Shown here piece by piece: positions 39,688 through 48,082 of a DNA stretch of 64,000 nucleotides. Source of the DNA: an uncultured Muribaculaceae bacterium (GTDB lineage Bacteria; Bacillota_I; Bacilli_A; RF39; UBA660); assembly GCA_964473455.1 (NCBI GenBank), contig CAYYQX010000001.1, positions 133,380 to 197,379 on the forward strand. Reading direction: 5' to 3'. The translations under genes were made by a program, and so were the position numbers. Every line of letters starts with the position of its first letter. Position 1 is the first letter of the stretch. The notes beneath the pieces are model-generated. The model did no database searches, was not told where the DNA came from, and saw nothing but the letters and a program-made list of their open reading frames with translations.

Positions 39688-41433
39688 ATGATTAAAATAT
39701 TAAAAAGGTTAGAAAAGAAAGAATTTGGATTAATTGCTATTATTATCGTCTTCATTGTCGCGCAAGTTTGGTTAGACCTTAAATTACCAGACTATATGGC
39801 AGAAATTACGACTTTAATTCAGCAAAGTAACCCTACTGTATCAAAGATTTTAACTCCTGGATTCTATATGTTATTGTGTGCTTTTGGAAGCTTAGCTTTT
39901 TCGGCTATTGCCGGTTTTTTTGCCGCAACAGTTGCGGCAAGTTTTTCAAAGAAAATAAGAGGAGATGTTTTTAGAAAAGTTGAAAGTTTTGGCATGGAAG
40001 AAGTCAAAAAGTTTTCTACTAGTAGTTTGATAAACCGAACTACGAACGATATAACTCAAGTTCAAACTCTAGTAGTAATAGGCCTTCAAATGATTATTAA
40101 ATCCCCTATTATGGCTATTTGGGCAATTAGTAAAATGGCAAGCAAGAGTTGGCAATGGAGCGCTATTACAGGTGGCGCTGTAATGGTTTTAATCTTGATG
40201 ATTACCGTTCTAGTTTTATTTGCTCTACCAAAATTTAAAAAAATTCAAACTTTAACAGACAACCTTAATATGGTAACAAGAGAAGGATTAACTGGCATTA
40301 GAGTTATTAGAGCATTTAATGCTGAAGGCTATCAAGAAAACAGATTTGAAAAAGCAAACAAAGAATTAACAAAAAACAATATGTTTACTCAACGATTAAT
40401 GGCTATAATGTTTCCGGTGATGACATTTACTATGTCTGTTTTAACTTTAGCGATATATTTTGTTGGAGCATATTTAATTGACGCAGCCAATATGGCAGAT
40501 AAGATTGGACTATTTAGTAATATGATTATTTTTTCTTCATATGCTATGCAAGTTGTAATGGCATTTATGATGCTAGTCTTAATTTTTATTATTTACCCAA
40601 GATCAAGTGTTTCTGCTAAAAGAATTGTAGAAGTTTTAAATAGTGAATCTAGTATTAAAGACGGTACTATAACAAAAAGTAAAATCAAGGGAACTGTTGA
40701 ATTTAAAGACGTCTCTTTTAAATATCCTGATGCAGAAGAATATATTTTAAAAGATATTTCTTTTACGGCTAATAAAGGAGAAGTTATTGCCTTTATCGGT
40801 TCAACAGGTTCAGGAAAATCAACACTAATTAATTTAATACCAAGATTTTATGATGTTACTGAAGGAAAAGTTCTTGTTGATGGAGTTGATGTTAGAGACT
40901 TTAAACAAGAGTACCTTTATAATAAAATTGGATATATCCCTCAAAAAGCCGTAATATTTAACGATACGGTAAAAAATAACGTTGCTTATGGAAGTAAAGT
41001 TAACGAAAAAGAAATAAAAAAAGCTATTAAAATCGCGCAAGGAACTGAGTTCGTTGAAAAGATGGCAAACCAATATGAATCTCACGTTGCTCAAGGAGGA
41101 AACAATATATCTGGTGGCCAAAAACAAAGATTAGCTATTGCTAGAGCTATTGCTAGAAACCCGGAAATATATATATTTGATGATTCTTTTTCAGCACTTG
41201 ACTACAAAACAGATTATAACCTAAGAAAAGAGTTGAAGCGTTATACAAAAGAAGTGACAACTTTAATTGTTGCTCAAAGAATTGGCACAATTAAAAATGC
41301 CGATAAGATTATTGTTTTAGATAAAGGTAGTATTGTGGGGATCGGTACTCATAATGATTTATTAAAGAATTGCCAAGTATATAAAGAAATCGCACTATCA
41401 CAGTTATCAAAGGAGGAGTTGACAAATGAATAA
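39688..41433 (+). CDS. ABC transporter permease/ATP-binding protein, type I exporter half-transporter with consensus ATP site
   Basis: Six TM helices, then Walker A GSTGSGKST, signature ISGGQKQR, Walker B IFDDSFSALD. Confidence 0.85.
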   Translation: MIKILKRLEKKEFGLIAIIIVFIVAQVWLDLKLPDYMAEITTLIQQSNPTVSKILTPGFYMLLCAFGSLAFSAIAGFFAATVAASFSKKIRGDVFRKVESFGMEEVKKFSTSSLINRTTNDITQVQTLVVIGLQMIIKSPIMAIWAISKMASKSWQWSAITGGAVMVLILMITVLVLFALPKFKKIQTLTDNLNMVTREGLTGIRVIRAFNAEGYQENRFEKANKELTKNNMFTQRLMAIMFPVMTFTMSVLTLAIYFVGAYLIDAANMADKIGLFSNMIIFSSYAMQVVMAFMMLVLIFIIYPRSSVSAKRIVEVLNSESSIKDGTITKSKIKGTVEFKDVSFKYPDAEEYILKDISFTANKGEVIAFIGSTGSGKSTLINLIPRFYDVTEGKVLVDGVDVRDFKQEYLYNKIGYIPQKAVIFNDTVKNNVAYGSKVNEKEIKKAIKIAQGTEFVEKMANQYESHVAQGGNNISGGQKQRLAIARAIARNPEIYIFDDSFSALDYKTDYNLRKELKRYTKEVTTLIVAQRIGTIKNADKIIVLDKGSIVGIGTHNDLLKNCQVYKEIALSQLSKEELTNE

Positions 41434-43231
41434 TCAAAATAAGCCAAGACCATTTGGTCCTCCAGGAATGGGTGGTGGAGAAAAAGCCAAGAACTTTAAA
41501 AAATCGATAGCTCGATTAGTAAAATATTTAAAACCTTATTTTTTCATTATTTTTGTAGCTATTTTTTTTGCTATTGCTAGTTCGATATTCTCTATAGTTG
41601 GTCCTAGCAAATTAAAGGAAATAGTTGATGTAATAACTAATGGCTTTATGATCAAAATAGATCTTGATAAAATAAAGGATATTGCTCTTTTCTTAGCAAT
41701 TATTTATGCTTTAAGTTGCTTGTTTGGATACATACAAGGCTTTATTATGGCTACAATAACTAATAAGTTCTCAAAAAAACTTCGCAGTGAGTTATCCTTA
41801 AAAATCAATAAATTACCACTAAAGTTTTTCGATAATAATAGTTATGGAGATACTTTATCAAGATTTACAAACGATGTTGATACAATGGGTCAAACCATGA
41901 ACCAAAGCATCGGATCTCTTGTTAGTGCAATAACACTTCTGATTGGTGTATTAATTATGATGTTTGTAACCAATTGGATTATGGCCTCAACAGCAATTGT
42001 CGCAACTTTTATTGGCTTTGCTTTAATGGTTTTAATTCTCTCAAAATCACAAAAATATTTTGCGATGCAGCAAAAAGAATTAGGTAATATTAATGGTCAC
42101 ATTGAAGAAATATATTCTGGATTAAATGTTGTTAAAGTATATAACGGAATTAATCAATCAAATGAGAAGTTTGATAAAATAAATGATCAGTTATATATAA
42201 GTGCTAAAAAAAGCCAATTTATGTCCGGCTTGATGCACCCTATTATGAGCTTTATTGGTAATTTTGGTTATCTTGCTGTTTGTATTGTAGGAGCTGTTTT
42301 AGTTATCAACAATACAATAACTATTGGAACAATTGTCTCTTTTATGATTTATGTCAGATTATTAACCGGTCCTCTAATTAATTTAGCCCAAGCAGCTACA
42401 CAATTACAGTCAACTGCAGCCGCTAGTGAAAGAGTATTTGAGATTTTAGATGAAAAAGAGATGAGTAAAGACTCTAAAAAACAAGTATTGGACGTTAATA
42501 ACATAAAAGGTAATATCGAATTTGAAAATATTACGTTTGGATACAATGAAGATAAAATGGTAATAAATAACTTTAGTGCCAAAGCAAAGAAAGGGCAAAG
42601 AGTTGCGATTGTTGGGCCAACTGGAGCTGGAAAAACGACAATTGTAAATCTGCTTATGAAATTTTATGATATTAATTTTGGAGATATCAAGATTGATAAT
42701 GTTTCTATTAAAGATTTGACTAGAGAAAATATTCATGACTTATTCATTATGGTTTTACAAGATACTTGGTTATTTAGTGGGACTATAAAAGATAATATTG
42801 TGTATAATAAAAAAAATGTTTCAGATGAACAAGTAAAAGAAATTTGTGAAATTGTTGGTATAGATCACTTTATAAATACTCTACCTGATGGCTACGATAC
42901 CATTTTAAGTGATGCAGAAAGCATATCAGCCGGAGAAAAACAGTTGATTACTATTGCTAGAGGAATGTTAGAAAAAAAACCATTCTTAATTTTTGATGAA
43001 GCAACTAGTTCTGTTGACACAAGAACTGAACAATTGGTTCAAAAGGCAATGGAAAAATTAACCGAAGGAAGAACATCGTTTATAATTGCTCATCGTTTAT
43101 CGACTATCAAAAATTCTGACTTAATATTGGTAATGAAAGATGGCAATGTTGTAGAGCAAGGTAACCATCAAGAATTAATTGAAAAAGACGGGTTTTATGC
43201 TGAACTTTATAATTCACAGTTCCAAAATTAA
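41426..43231 (+). CDS. ABC transporter permease/ATP-binding protein, half-transporter with degenerate signature (heterodimer partner)
   Basis: Walker A GPTGAGKTT; signature ISAGEKQ instead of LSGGQ; Walker B LIFDEATSSVD. Translationally coupled to the upstream gene. Confidence 0.85.
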   Translation: MNNQNKPRPFGPPGMGGGEKAKNFKKSIARLVKYLKPYFFIIFVAIFFAIASSIFSIVGPSKLKEIVDVITNGFMIKIDLDKIKDIALFLAIIYALSCLFGYIQGFIMATITNKFSKKLRSELSLKINKLPLKFFDNNSYGDTLSRFTNDVDTMGQTMNQSIGSLVSAITLLIGVLIMMFVTNWIMASTAIVATFIGFALMVLILSKSQKYFAMQQKELGNINGHIEEIYSGLNVVKVYNGINQSNEKFDKINDQLYISAKKSQFMSGLMHPIMSFIGNFGYLAVCIVGAVLVINNTITIGTIVSFMIYVRLLTGPLINLAQAATQLQSTAAASERVFEILDEKEMSKDSKKQVLDVNNIKGNIEFENITFGYNEDKMVINNFSAKAKKGQRVAIVGPTGAGKTTIVNLLMKFYDINFGDIKIDNVSIKDLTRENIHDLFIMVLQDTWLFSGTIKDNIVYNKKNVSDEQVKEICEIVGIDHFINTLPDGYDTILSDAESISAGEKQLITIARGMLEKKPFLIFDEATSSVDTRTEQLVQKAMEKLTEGRTSFIIAHRLSTIKNSDLILVMKDGNVVEQGNHQELIEKDGFYAELYNSQFQN

Positions 43232-43311
43232 TAATTCAAAAACTTGATATTTTCATATCAAGTCTTATATTTCAATTATGACATAGAATCAAAGGGGGTT
43301 CCCAAATTTTT
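43231..43311. repeat. Family-1 ~85 bp intergenic repeat, copy A (variant; perfect palindrome CTTGATAT-TTTC-ATATCAAG)
   Basis: Shares ...cttgatattttcata...agaatcaaagggggttcccaaattttt with the other copies. Lies between the convergent ABC operon end and the GNAT gene stop. Confidence 0.7.
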
Positions 43312-43313
43312 GT

Positions 43314-43793
43314 TTAAATATGCTTCATCACTTCCAAATTTCTGTCTGAATAATTATTTCTATAATAAAAACTCTTAGCCTTTTCGTTATAACCAAAAAC
43401 TTCTATTAATATTGCCTTACAGCCAACCAATTTAAAATGAGTTTCCATCTCATCCATTAATTGTCTTCCTATTCCTTTTGCTCTACAATTACTAGAAACA
43501 ATTAATTCTGTTATTCTTCCTCGTTTTGGCGCTCTAAACTCATAAGTGTTTTGTTCTTCATTATTAATTAAGCCTACTATTAACCCAATAGCTTTGTCAT
43601 TTTCAACAGCTAAAAACATTTTACCTTCAAAATCATTTATTTCTTTTATAGTCTTTTTAAATTCAATCTCCCTGTATTCATCATTAATTATGTTGTAGCC
43701 ATCTTTATCTATTGAAACTATATATTCTTGTAATTCAACCAATAAATCTTTTATGTCTTCGTCATATTTTGTATTATAATCAATTATATTCAT
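43314..43793 (-). CDS. GNAT family N-acetyltransferase (cassette 6)
   Basis: Acetyl-CoA-binding motif RAKGIGRQLM. Confidence 0.7.
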   Translation of the reverse strand: MNIIDYNTKYDEDIKDLLVELQEYIVSIDKDGYNIINDEYREIEFKKTIKEINDFEGKMFLAVENDKAIGLIVGLINNEEQNTYEFRAPKRGRITELIVSSNCRAKGIGRQLMDEMETHFKLVGCKAILIEVFGYNEKAKSFYYRNNYSDRNLEVMKHI

Positions 43794-43810
43794 TATTGCA
43801 CCTCTATATT

Positions 43811-43894
43811 TATTATATCAAAAAACTTGATATTCTCATACCAAGTTCAACTAATTCATATTTGGCATGGAATCAAAGGGGATTCCCAAATTTT
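43811..43894. repeat. Family-1 ~85 bp repeat, copy B (full length)
   Basis: attatatcaaaaaacttgatattctcataccaagttcaactaattcatatttggcatggaatcaaaggggattcccaaatttttt. Confidence 0.85.
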
Positions 43895-44482
43895 TTATTT
43901 CTTATTTTCCACTACAGCTTTTTTATATTTATCATATTCTTTTCGTAAATAATCAAAGGTAACTTCTTTTTTTAATACGACAGGTAATTTCAATAAATAT
44001 TCATAAATTGGCTTTTCATCTCTATATGTTTTCTTATTTTCCCAATAATATTTGGCATTTATTATTGTATCGTAGTTTGACCATCCTCTTATTAAATTCA
44101 TATCATGTTTTTCATAATAATCATATTCTACTTCATAGACTTTAAAGAATTCAAAATCCAATTCCTTTTTTTCAATAAATTGAAATAATCCTTCAATATC
44201 AAAAGCAAAAAAGGATTGGAATCGAGATAGTTTATCAGGATAGTTAATTATTCTTTCATATTCAAATATAATATCCATCCCACTACTTTTTGTATCGTAT
44301 TCATTTAAAAAGTAACGTCTACCATGGAGTGATAACTTGTCATCATATCTTTTTTTAATAATTTCTAAATTTTCTTTAAATACTGGCTTCAAATAGTCAT
44401 ATTTGTCTATATACTCTATTTTTTGATTTTCTTGTAATAAACCGCTTCTATCAATATGATAAAGTTTCATATTTTTCACCAC
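43895..44482 (-). CDS. Hypothetical protein (cassette 5)
   Basis: ORF with an AAGTGGTGA RBS. The stop codon abuts the repeat. Confidence 0.3.
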   Translation of the reverse strand: MVKNMKLYHIDRSGLLQENQKIEYIDKYDYLKPVFKENLEIIKKRYDDKLSLHGRRYFLNEYDTKSSGMDIIFEYERIINYPDKLSRFQSFFAFDIEGLFQFIEKKELDFEFFKVYEVEYDYYEKHDMNLIRGWSNYDTIINAKYYWENKKTYRDEKPIYEYLLKLPVVLKKEVTFDYLRKEYDKYKKAVVENKK

Positions 44483-44577
44483 TTTCTCTTTTATTATAAC
44501 AAAAAACTTGATATTTTCATACCAAGTTCGACTAATTCATATTTGGCATGGAATCAAAGGGGTTTCCCAAATTTTCA
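44483..44577. repeat. Family-1 repeat, copy C (full length; -10 variant TGTTATAAT)
   Basis: ttattataacaaaaaacttgatattttcataccaagttcgactaattcatatttggcatggaatcaaaggggtttcccaaattttca. Confidence 0.85.
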
Positions 44578-44976
44578 TTTATCTTTTTTTTCGATCTTTA
44601 TATGCTTAGCCATATCACCAATTCTTATTGTCTTATCGCCATCACCAGAAATTTCTGTCGGCTCAATTTCTAGTTTTTTCTGTTTAGAACCAAAGATGTT
44701 ATTTGAAAATATAGAAGACATATATTCTGATATATATGCTGTTTCACAAACACACATTTTTTCATAAACTTCAGTAACGTTTAATCTAGCTTTTACTATT
44801 TCTAGATTGCCTAAATTTTCTTTTGTTTCAGGGTCTATAATAGTTTCTCCTTTGCCGATAATTTGCATCATATCGCCTCGGGATATACCATTATTTGAAC
44901 CACCATTTACTATTAACGAAGTATCATTAATTATTTTTATTACTTTAAAATCATTGCTCATTTTCTTTCCCTCCAT
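44575..44976 (-). CDS. Hypothetical soluble protein (cassette 4, second gene)
   Basis: ORF; overlaps the upstream membrane-protein gene by 26 nt. Confidence 0.3.
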   Translation of the reverse strand: MEGKKMSNDFKVIKIINDTSLIVNGGSNNGISRGDMMQIIGKGETIIDPETKENLGNLEIVKARLNVTEVYEKMCVCETAYISEYMSSIFSNNIFGSKQKKLEIEPTEISGDGDKTIRIGDMAKHIKIEKKDK

Positions 44977-45385
44977 TTATATTACCTATGAAATTTTTAA
45001 TAATTGTATTAGTCACTTGCAATTTCTGTTCTTTTGTAATTTTGTCAAATGATATTAATACAGCCATAGTATCAAAAAAAAATTTTTGAAGCATTTCATT
45101 TTTATATATTTCGTTTTTTAACTCTATTTGATTTTCTTTAAAATTATTACTTAAAGCTTGATAATTCATATATTGTTTTTCATATTCTTTATAAAATTTG
45201 TTTACATTTATAACATATATTATCCCATTAATAATCAAACCCAAAATAATTGAACCAATAATAAATGTTATCTTGTAAGAATCAGGAATCTTATTCCAAA
45301 AACTAAACAAAGCAAGAACATTTACTATTGATATAATAAATGTTATCTTCCCTGTAAAAAAACGAGGTTTTTCTCTTATAACCAT
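44951..45385 (-). CDS. Hypothetical membrane protein with two TM helices and a coiled-coil tail (cassette 4, first gene)
   Basis: ORF with an AGGTGA RBS. Hydrophobic segments at residues ~12-30 and ~38-60. Confidence 0.3.
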   Translation of the reverse strand: MVIREKPRFFTGKITFIISIVNVLALFSFWNKIPDSYKITFIIGSIILGLIINGIIYVINVNKFYKEYEKQYMNYQALSNNFKENQIELKNEIYKNEMLQKFFFDTMAVLISFDKITKEQKLQVTNTIIKNFIGNINGGKENEQ

Positions 45386-45620
45386 AAAATCACCTACTGT
45401 ATTAAAACTTTAATATCCTTTTTCTTTATATATCGATATTATATCATTTTTACATAATATAATCCATACTTTCTATTTGCAAAGTTTCAATTCATAGACT
45501 TATGTTCTTCTATGGTTTTCTTAGACAATACTTTTTTCACTTCTCGTTATTATAATAAAAAGTATGATACTCCATTACCATTGTAATTCCGTACCTTTTT
45601 AATATTCCAGCCCATATTTG

Positions 45621-45692
45621 CTTGAAACTTTTAATTATATTGTAAAATTAAATATGAACGTGGATTTCCAAGTTTTACAATATTTATTTTCA
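45621..45692. repeat. Family-1 repeat, degenerate copy D
   Basis: Begins aattatattg, then ...cgtggatttccaagttttacaat, which resembles ...catggaatcaaaggggattcccaaatttt; weak. Confidence 0.35.
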
Positions 45693-45696
45693 AATA

Positions 45697-46191
45697 TTAA
45701 TGTTCTAAATGTTTATGCACTGAATGGGGTAATATTTCAATCTTTTCATCTAAAGATAAGTCATCTCTTTTAATGATGTGTGCAATGCATGATTTCTTAA
45801 TTTTAGCTTTATTTTTAATTAAATAGTCAGCTGATGGTTTCATATATTGAACTATCATTTCAAAGGAACATTTTTCTTCTTCTAATAAAGATAATATTTG
45901 TTCATAAGATAATTCCTTTAATATTTTTATCTTATTTGTTGTAAAATAATATCCTTTTTCATACCCGTCATTTCTGGCTTTGAATTTACATATCTCACCA
46001 AGAGGTGTAACTATACAAACTCTAATATTTTTACTATTACTAAAATTAATTAGTGTTGAACTTATATGCTCTGCATAATGAAACCATTCCCAATTATCAA
46101 TGTTATCGGTTTGATACGTTTTCCCTATCTCAAATTGATAACCGCCATATCCCATAAATTCGCTGTCAAAAGCTTTATAGTATTTAATCAT
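45697..46191 (-). CDS. Hypothetical protein (cassette 3)
   Basis: ORF with a GGAGG RBS. Confidence 0.3.
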   Translation of the reverse strand: MIKYYKAFDSEFMGYGGYQFEIGKTYQTDNIDNWEWFHYAEHISSTLINFSNSKNIRVCIVTPLGEICKFKARNDGYEKGYYFTTNKIKILKELSYEQILSLLEEEKCSFEMIVQYMKPSADYLIKNKAKIKKSCIAHIIKRDDLSLDEKIEILPHSVHKHLEH

Positions 46192-46274
46192 TTAGTACCT
46201 CCAATATACAACTATATTTTACTTTATCTTTCAATCAATCAAATATAAGCATATTGTTTTTCTTTTTTCCACCG

Positions 46275-46303
46275 CATGGAATCAAAGGGGATTCCCAAAT
46301 TTT
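46275..46303. repeat. Family-1 repeat, truncated copy E (3' hairpin half only)
   Basis: catggaatcaaaggggattcccaaatttt immediately after the stop of cassette 2. Confidence 0.6.
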
Positions 46304-46703
46304 ACATTTTTTTGTGATTATTTATATCGTTTAAACCTTCTTCATCAACAATACCAAATGTCTCTCTCAAAAAGTCCATTTCACTATGTTTTAAATTAGA
46401 AAATACAGCTCTATTTATTAAAACACCAGTGTGTTTGTTAAATCTCCAAGGAATATATTTATTTTCCTCGTAGACATTTAGATTACCATCAACAATTTGG
46501 GTACCTATAATCTTGCATTGAGTTGCATAGGCCTCTTTGCTTTCTTTTCCTTCATAATCTACAATTAGATTAAATCCGTAATGCTCTGTACCAAGCATAA
46601 CACCGTTATCTAAAGAAAGATTTTCTTCATTAGTAATCATCACGTTATCTTTAGTACTTAGTTTTAATGTAATTGGATCTAACATTTTTGGTTCTAAAAT
46701 CAT
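46302..46703 (-). CDS. Hypothetical protein (cassette 2)
   Basis: ORF. Start placed at the ATG after an AGAGGTG RBS; the listed GTG is 3 codons upstream. Confidence 0.3.
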   Translation of the reverse strand: MILEPKMLDPITLKLSTKDNVMITNEENLSLDNGVMLGTEHYGFNLIVDYEGKESKEAYATQCKIIGTQIVDGNLNVYEENKYIPWRFNKHTGVLINRAVFSNLKHSEMDFLRETFGIVDEEGLNDINNHKKM

Positions 46704-46722
46704 TATAAACACCTCTATAATA

Positions 46723-46806
46723 ATTATATCAAAAAACTTGATATTTAGATACCAAGTTCAACTAATTTATATATGGCATGGAATCAAAGGGGATTCCCAA
46801 ATTTTT
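46723..46806. repeat. Family-1 repeat, copy F (full length)
   Basis: attatatcaaaaaacttgatatttagataccaagttcaactaatttatatatggcatggaatcaaaggggattcccaaattttt. Confidence 0.85.
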
Positions 46807-46828
46807 AATTTACTCTATATTTTTTGCA

Positions 46829-47848
46829 TTATAATAAATTTTTCATATCATAATCAACTTTATATATAGTATTGTCTAAATAACTAACAATCACTAGTTC
46901 TTTATCAGTATTATATATAAATGTAGCAGCAGTAATACTATTATCATCCTCGATGGTCATATTTCTAATTGATAATTTATAATCATCTGTATGATACTGT
47001 AAAATCTTTAAGATATCTTCTTTATTCTCTATTTTTAATTTTTCTAAAAGGTCTTCACTTTTTTGCAATCTGAATTTTGTATTTGACCCAGGCTCCGCAA
47101 TTGGGAATCCTACTTCTTTTCTAGTAAGATGATTGGAGTGAGCAAACTTATCTTTGACTTCTAATACAGATAAATTATTTAGTCTCCATTCAATTGAATA
47201 AGCTCTTTTGGCGTTTGTATCAATAATATTAACATTACAGCCGCTCGCTGCATCCTCAATATTTAAATGTTCTAATACTTCTTCTATATTTTTACATTCA
47301 ATTAAATTTCTTAAGATAAACCATGTAGGAATGCCGTTAATATTTTTATGGTGAATATATATATAATTACAAGTAAAAATTAAACCATGACTATTCCAGC
47401 TGAAAGTAGAACCTGGCAATGTATCATTACAATAATATTCACAAAAGAAGCCATAATTCGTTATATACTTTATTAAACCTGTATTTTTTAATGAATAAGG
47501 TCCGTCTTCGTTATGACCTCCAATTATTTTGTTACCAATCTTTGCTATAACATCAGTACATCTTTCCCTTTCAGTATATATTTCATAACAAATAAATAAT
47601 AAATAAGCATCTCTGTCTACTTTTGCCCCATCAGCTTTACCATAAGCTTCTTGCAAATATTCGGGATACAATTTTTCTAGCTTTCCTTTTACTATATTCA
47701 AAGTGTCTTTTATTAAAGTGTTTTCAAGTAATTCTCTTGTTATTTTGCAGTTTTCTTGTATATCATCCTTATAAATTTCACCCAATTTATATGAACGTGA
47801 ATACAAATCACCCTCAACTTGACCAATATATAACTTATCAAATCTCAT
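46829..47848 (-). CDS. Hypothetical protein (cassette 1; possible hydrolase, weak)
   Basis: ORF with a GGTGGTGA RBS. GGHNEDG and Cys-rich segments vaguely recall Ntn-hydrolase/C45-like proteins. No confident assignment. Confidence 0.3.
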   Translation of the reverse strand: MRFDKLYIGQVEGDLYSRSYKLGEIYKDDIQENCKITRELLENTLIKDTLNIVKGKLEKLYPEYLQEAYGKADGAKVDRDAYLLFICYEIYTERERCTDVIAKIGNKIIGGHNEDGPYSLKNTGLIKYITNYGFFCEYYCNDTLPGSTFSWNSHGLIFTCNYIYIHHKNINGIPTWFILRNLIECKNIEEVLEHLNIEDAASGCNVNIIDTNAKRAYSIEWRLNNLSVLEVKDKFAHSNHLTRKEVGFPIAEPGSNTKFRLQKSEDLLEKLKIENKEDILKILQYHTDDYKLSIRNMTIEDDNSITAATFIYNTDKELVIVSYLDNTIYKVDYDMKNLL

Positions 47849-47863
47849 ACTATCACCACCATT

Positions 47864-47914
47864 ATTATATCAAAAAACTTGATATTTTCATACCAAGTTC
47901 AACTAATTCATATT
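47864..47914. repeat. Family-1 repeat, copy G (promoter/terminator half) fused directly to the tRNA-Trp 3' end
   Basis: attatatcaaaaaacttgatattttcataccaagttcaactaattcatatt runs into tggca. tggca is both repeat sequence and the complement of the tRNA 3'-TGCCA. Confidence 0.8.
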
Positions 47915-47988
47915 TGGCAGGGGCGGAGAGAATTGAACTCCCAACCACGGTTTTGGAGACCGCTATTATACCATTTAACTACGCCCCT
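47915..47988 (-). tRNA. tRNA-Trp (anticodon CCA), CCA encoded
   Basis: AGGGGCGTAGTTAAATGGTA...GGTCTCCAAAACCGT...GGGAGTTCAATTCTCTCCGCCCCTGCCA closely resembles Bacillus tRNA-Trp. Anticodon loop CTCCAAA. Confidence 0.85.
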
Positions 47989-48082
47989 AAAAAATGCAGC
48001 AAATAAAGTTTATCATACCCATATACAAAAGTCAAAAACTATTATATAATATTTCTAGGTTTTTAAATTAAAGGAGAATAAA

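Noticed and set aside
43811-43894. Integron attC interpretation of the repeat (GTTGAAC matches the R' core GTTRRRY)
   Set aside because: There is no convincing R''/L''/L'/R' imperfect-palindrome arrangement and no intI or attI in the window. The match to a 7-mer is expected by chance in AT-rich DNA. The locus is described only as integron-like in organisation.
43712-43948. Plus-strand ORFs 43712-43948, 44456-44767 and 47623-48006 share the peptide KKLDIFIPSSTNSYLAWNQRGFPNF
   Set aside because: The shared peptide is simply the translation of the conserved 85 bp intergenic repeat. One of these ORFs also reads through tRNA-Trp. They are antisense to and overlap the real minus-strand genes, so they are not coding.
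43231-47915. CRISPR array
   Set aside because: The repeats are ~85 bp and separated by 0.4-1 kb protein-coding segments, not by 25-40 bp spacers. No cas genes are present.
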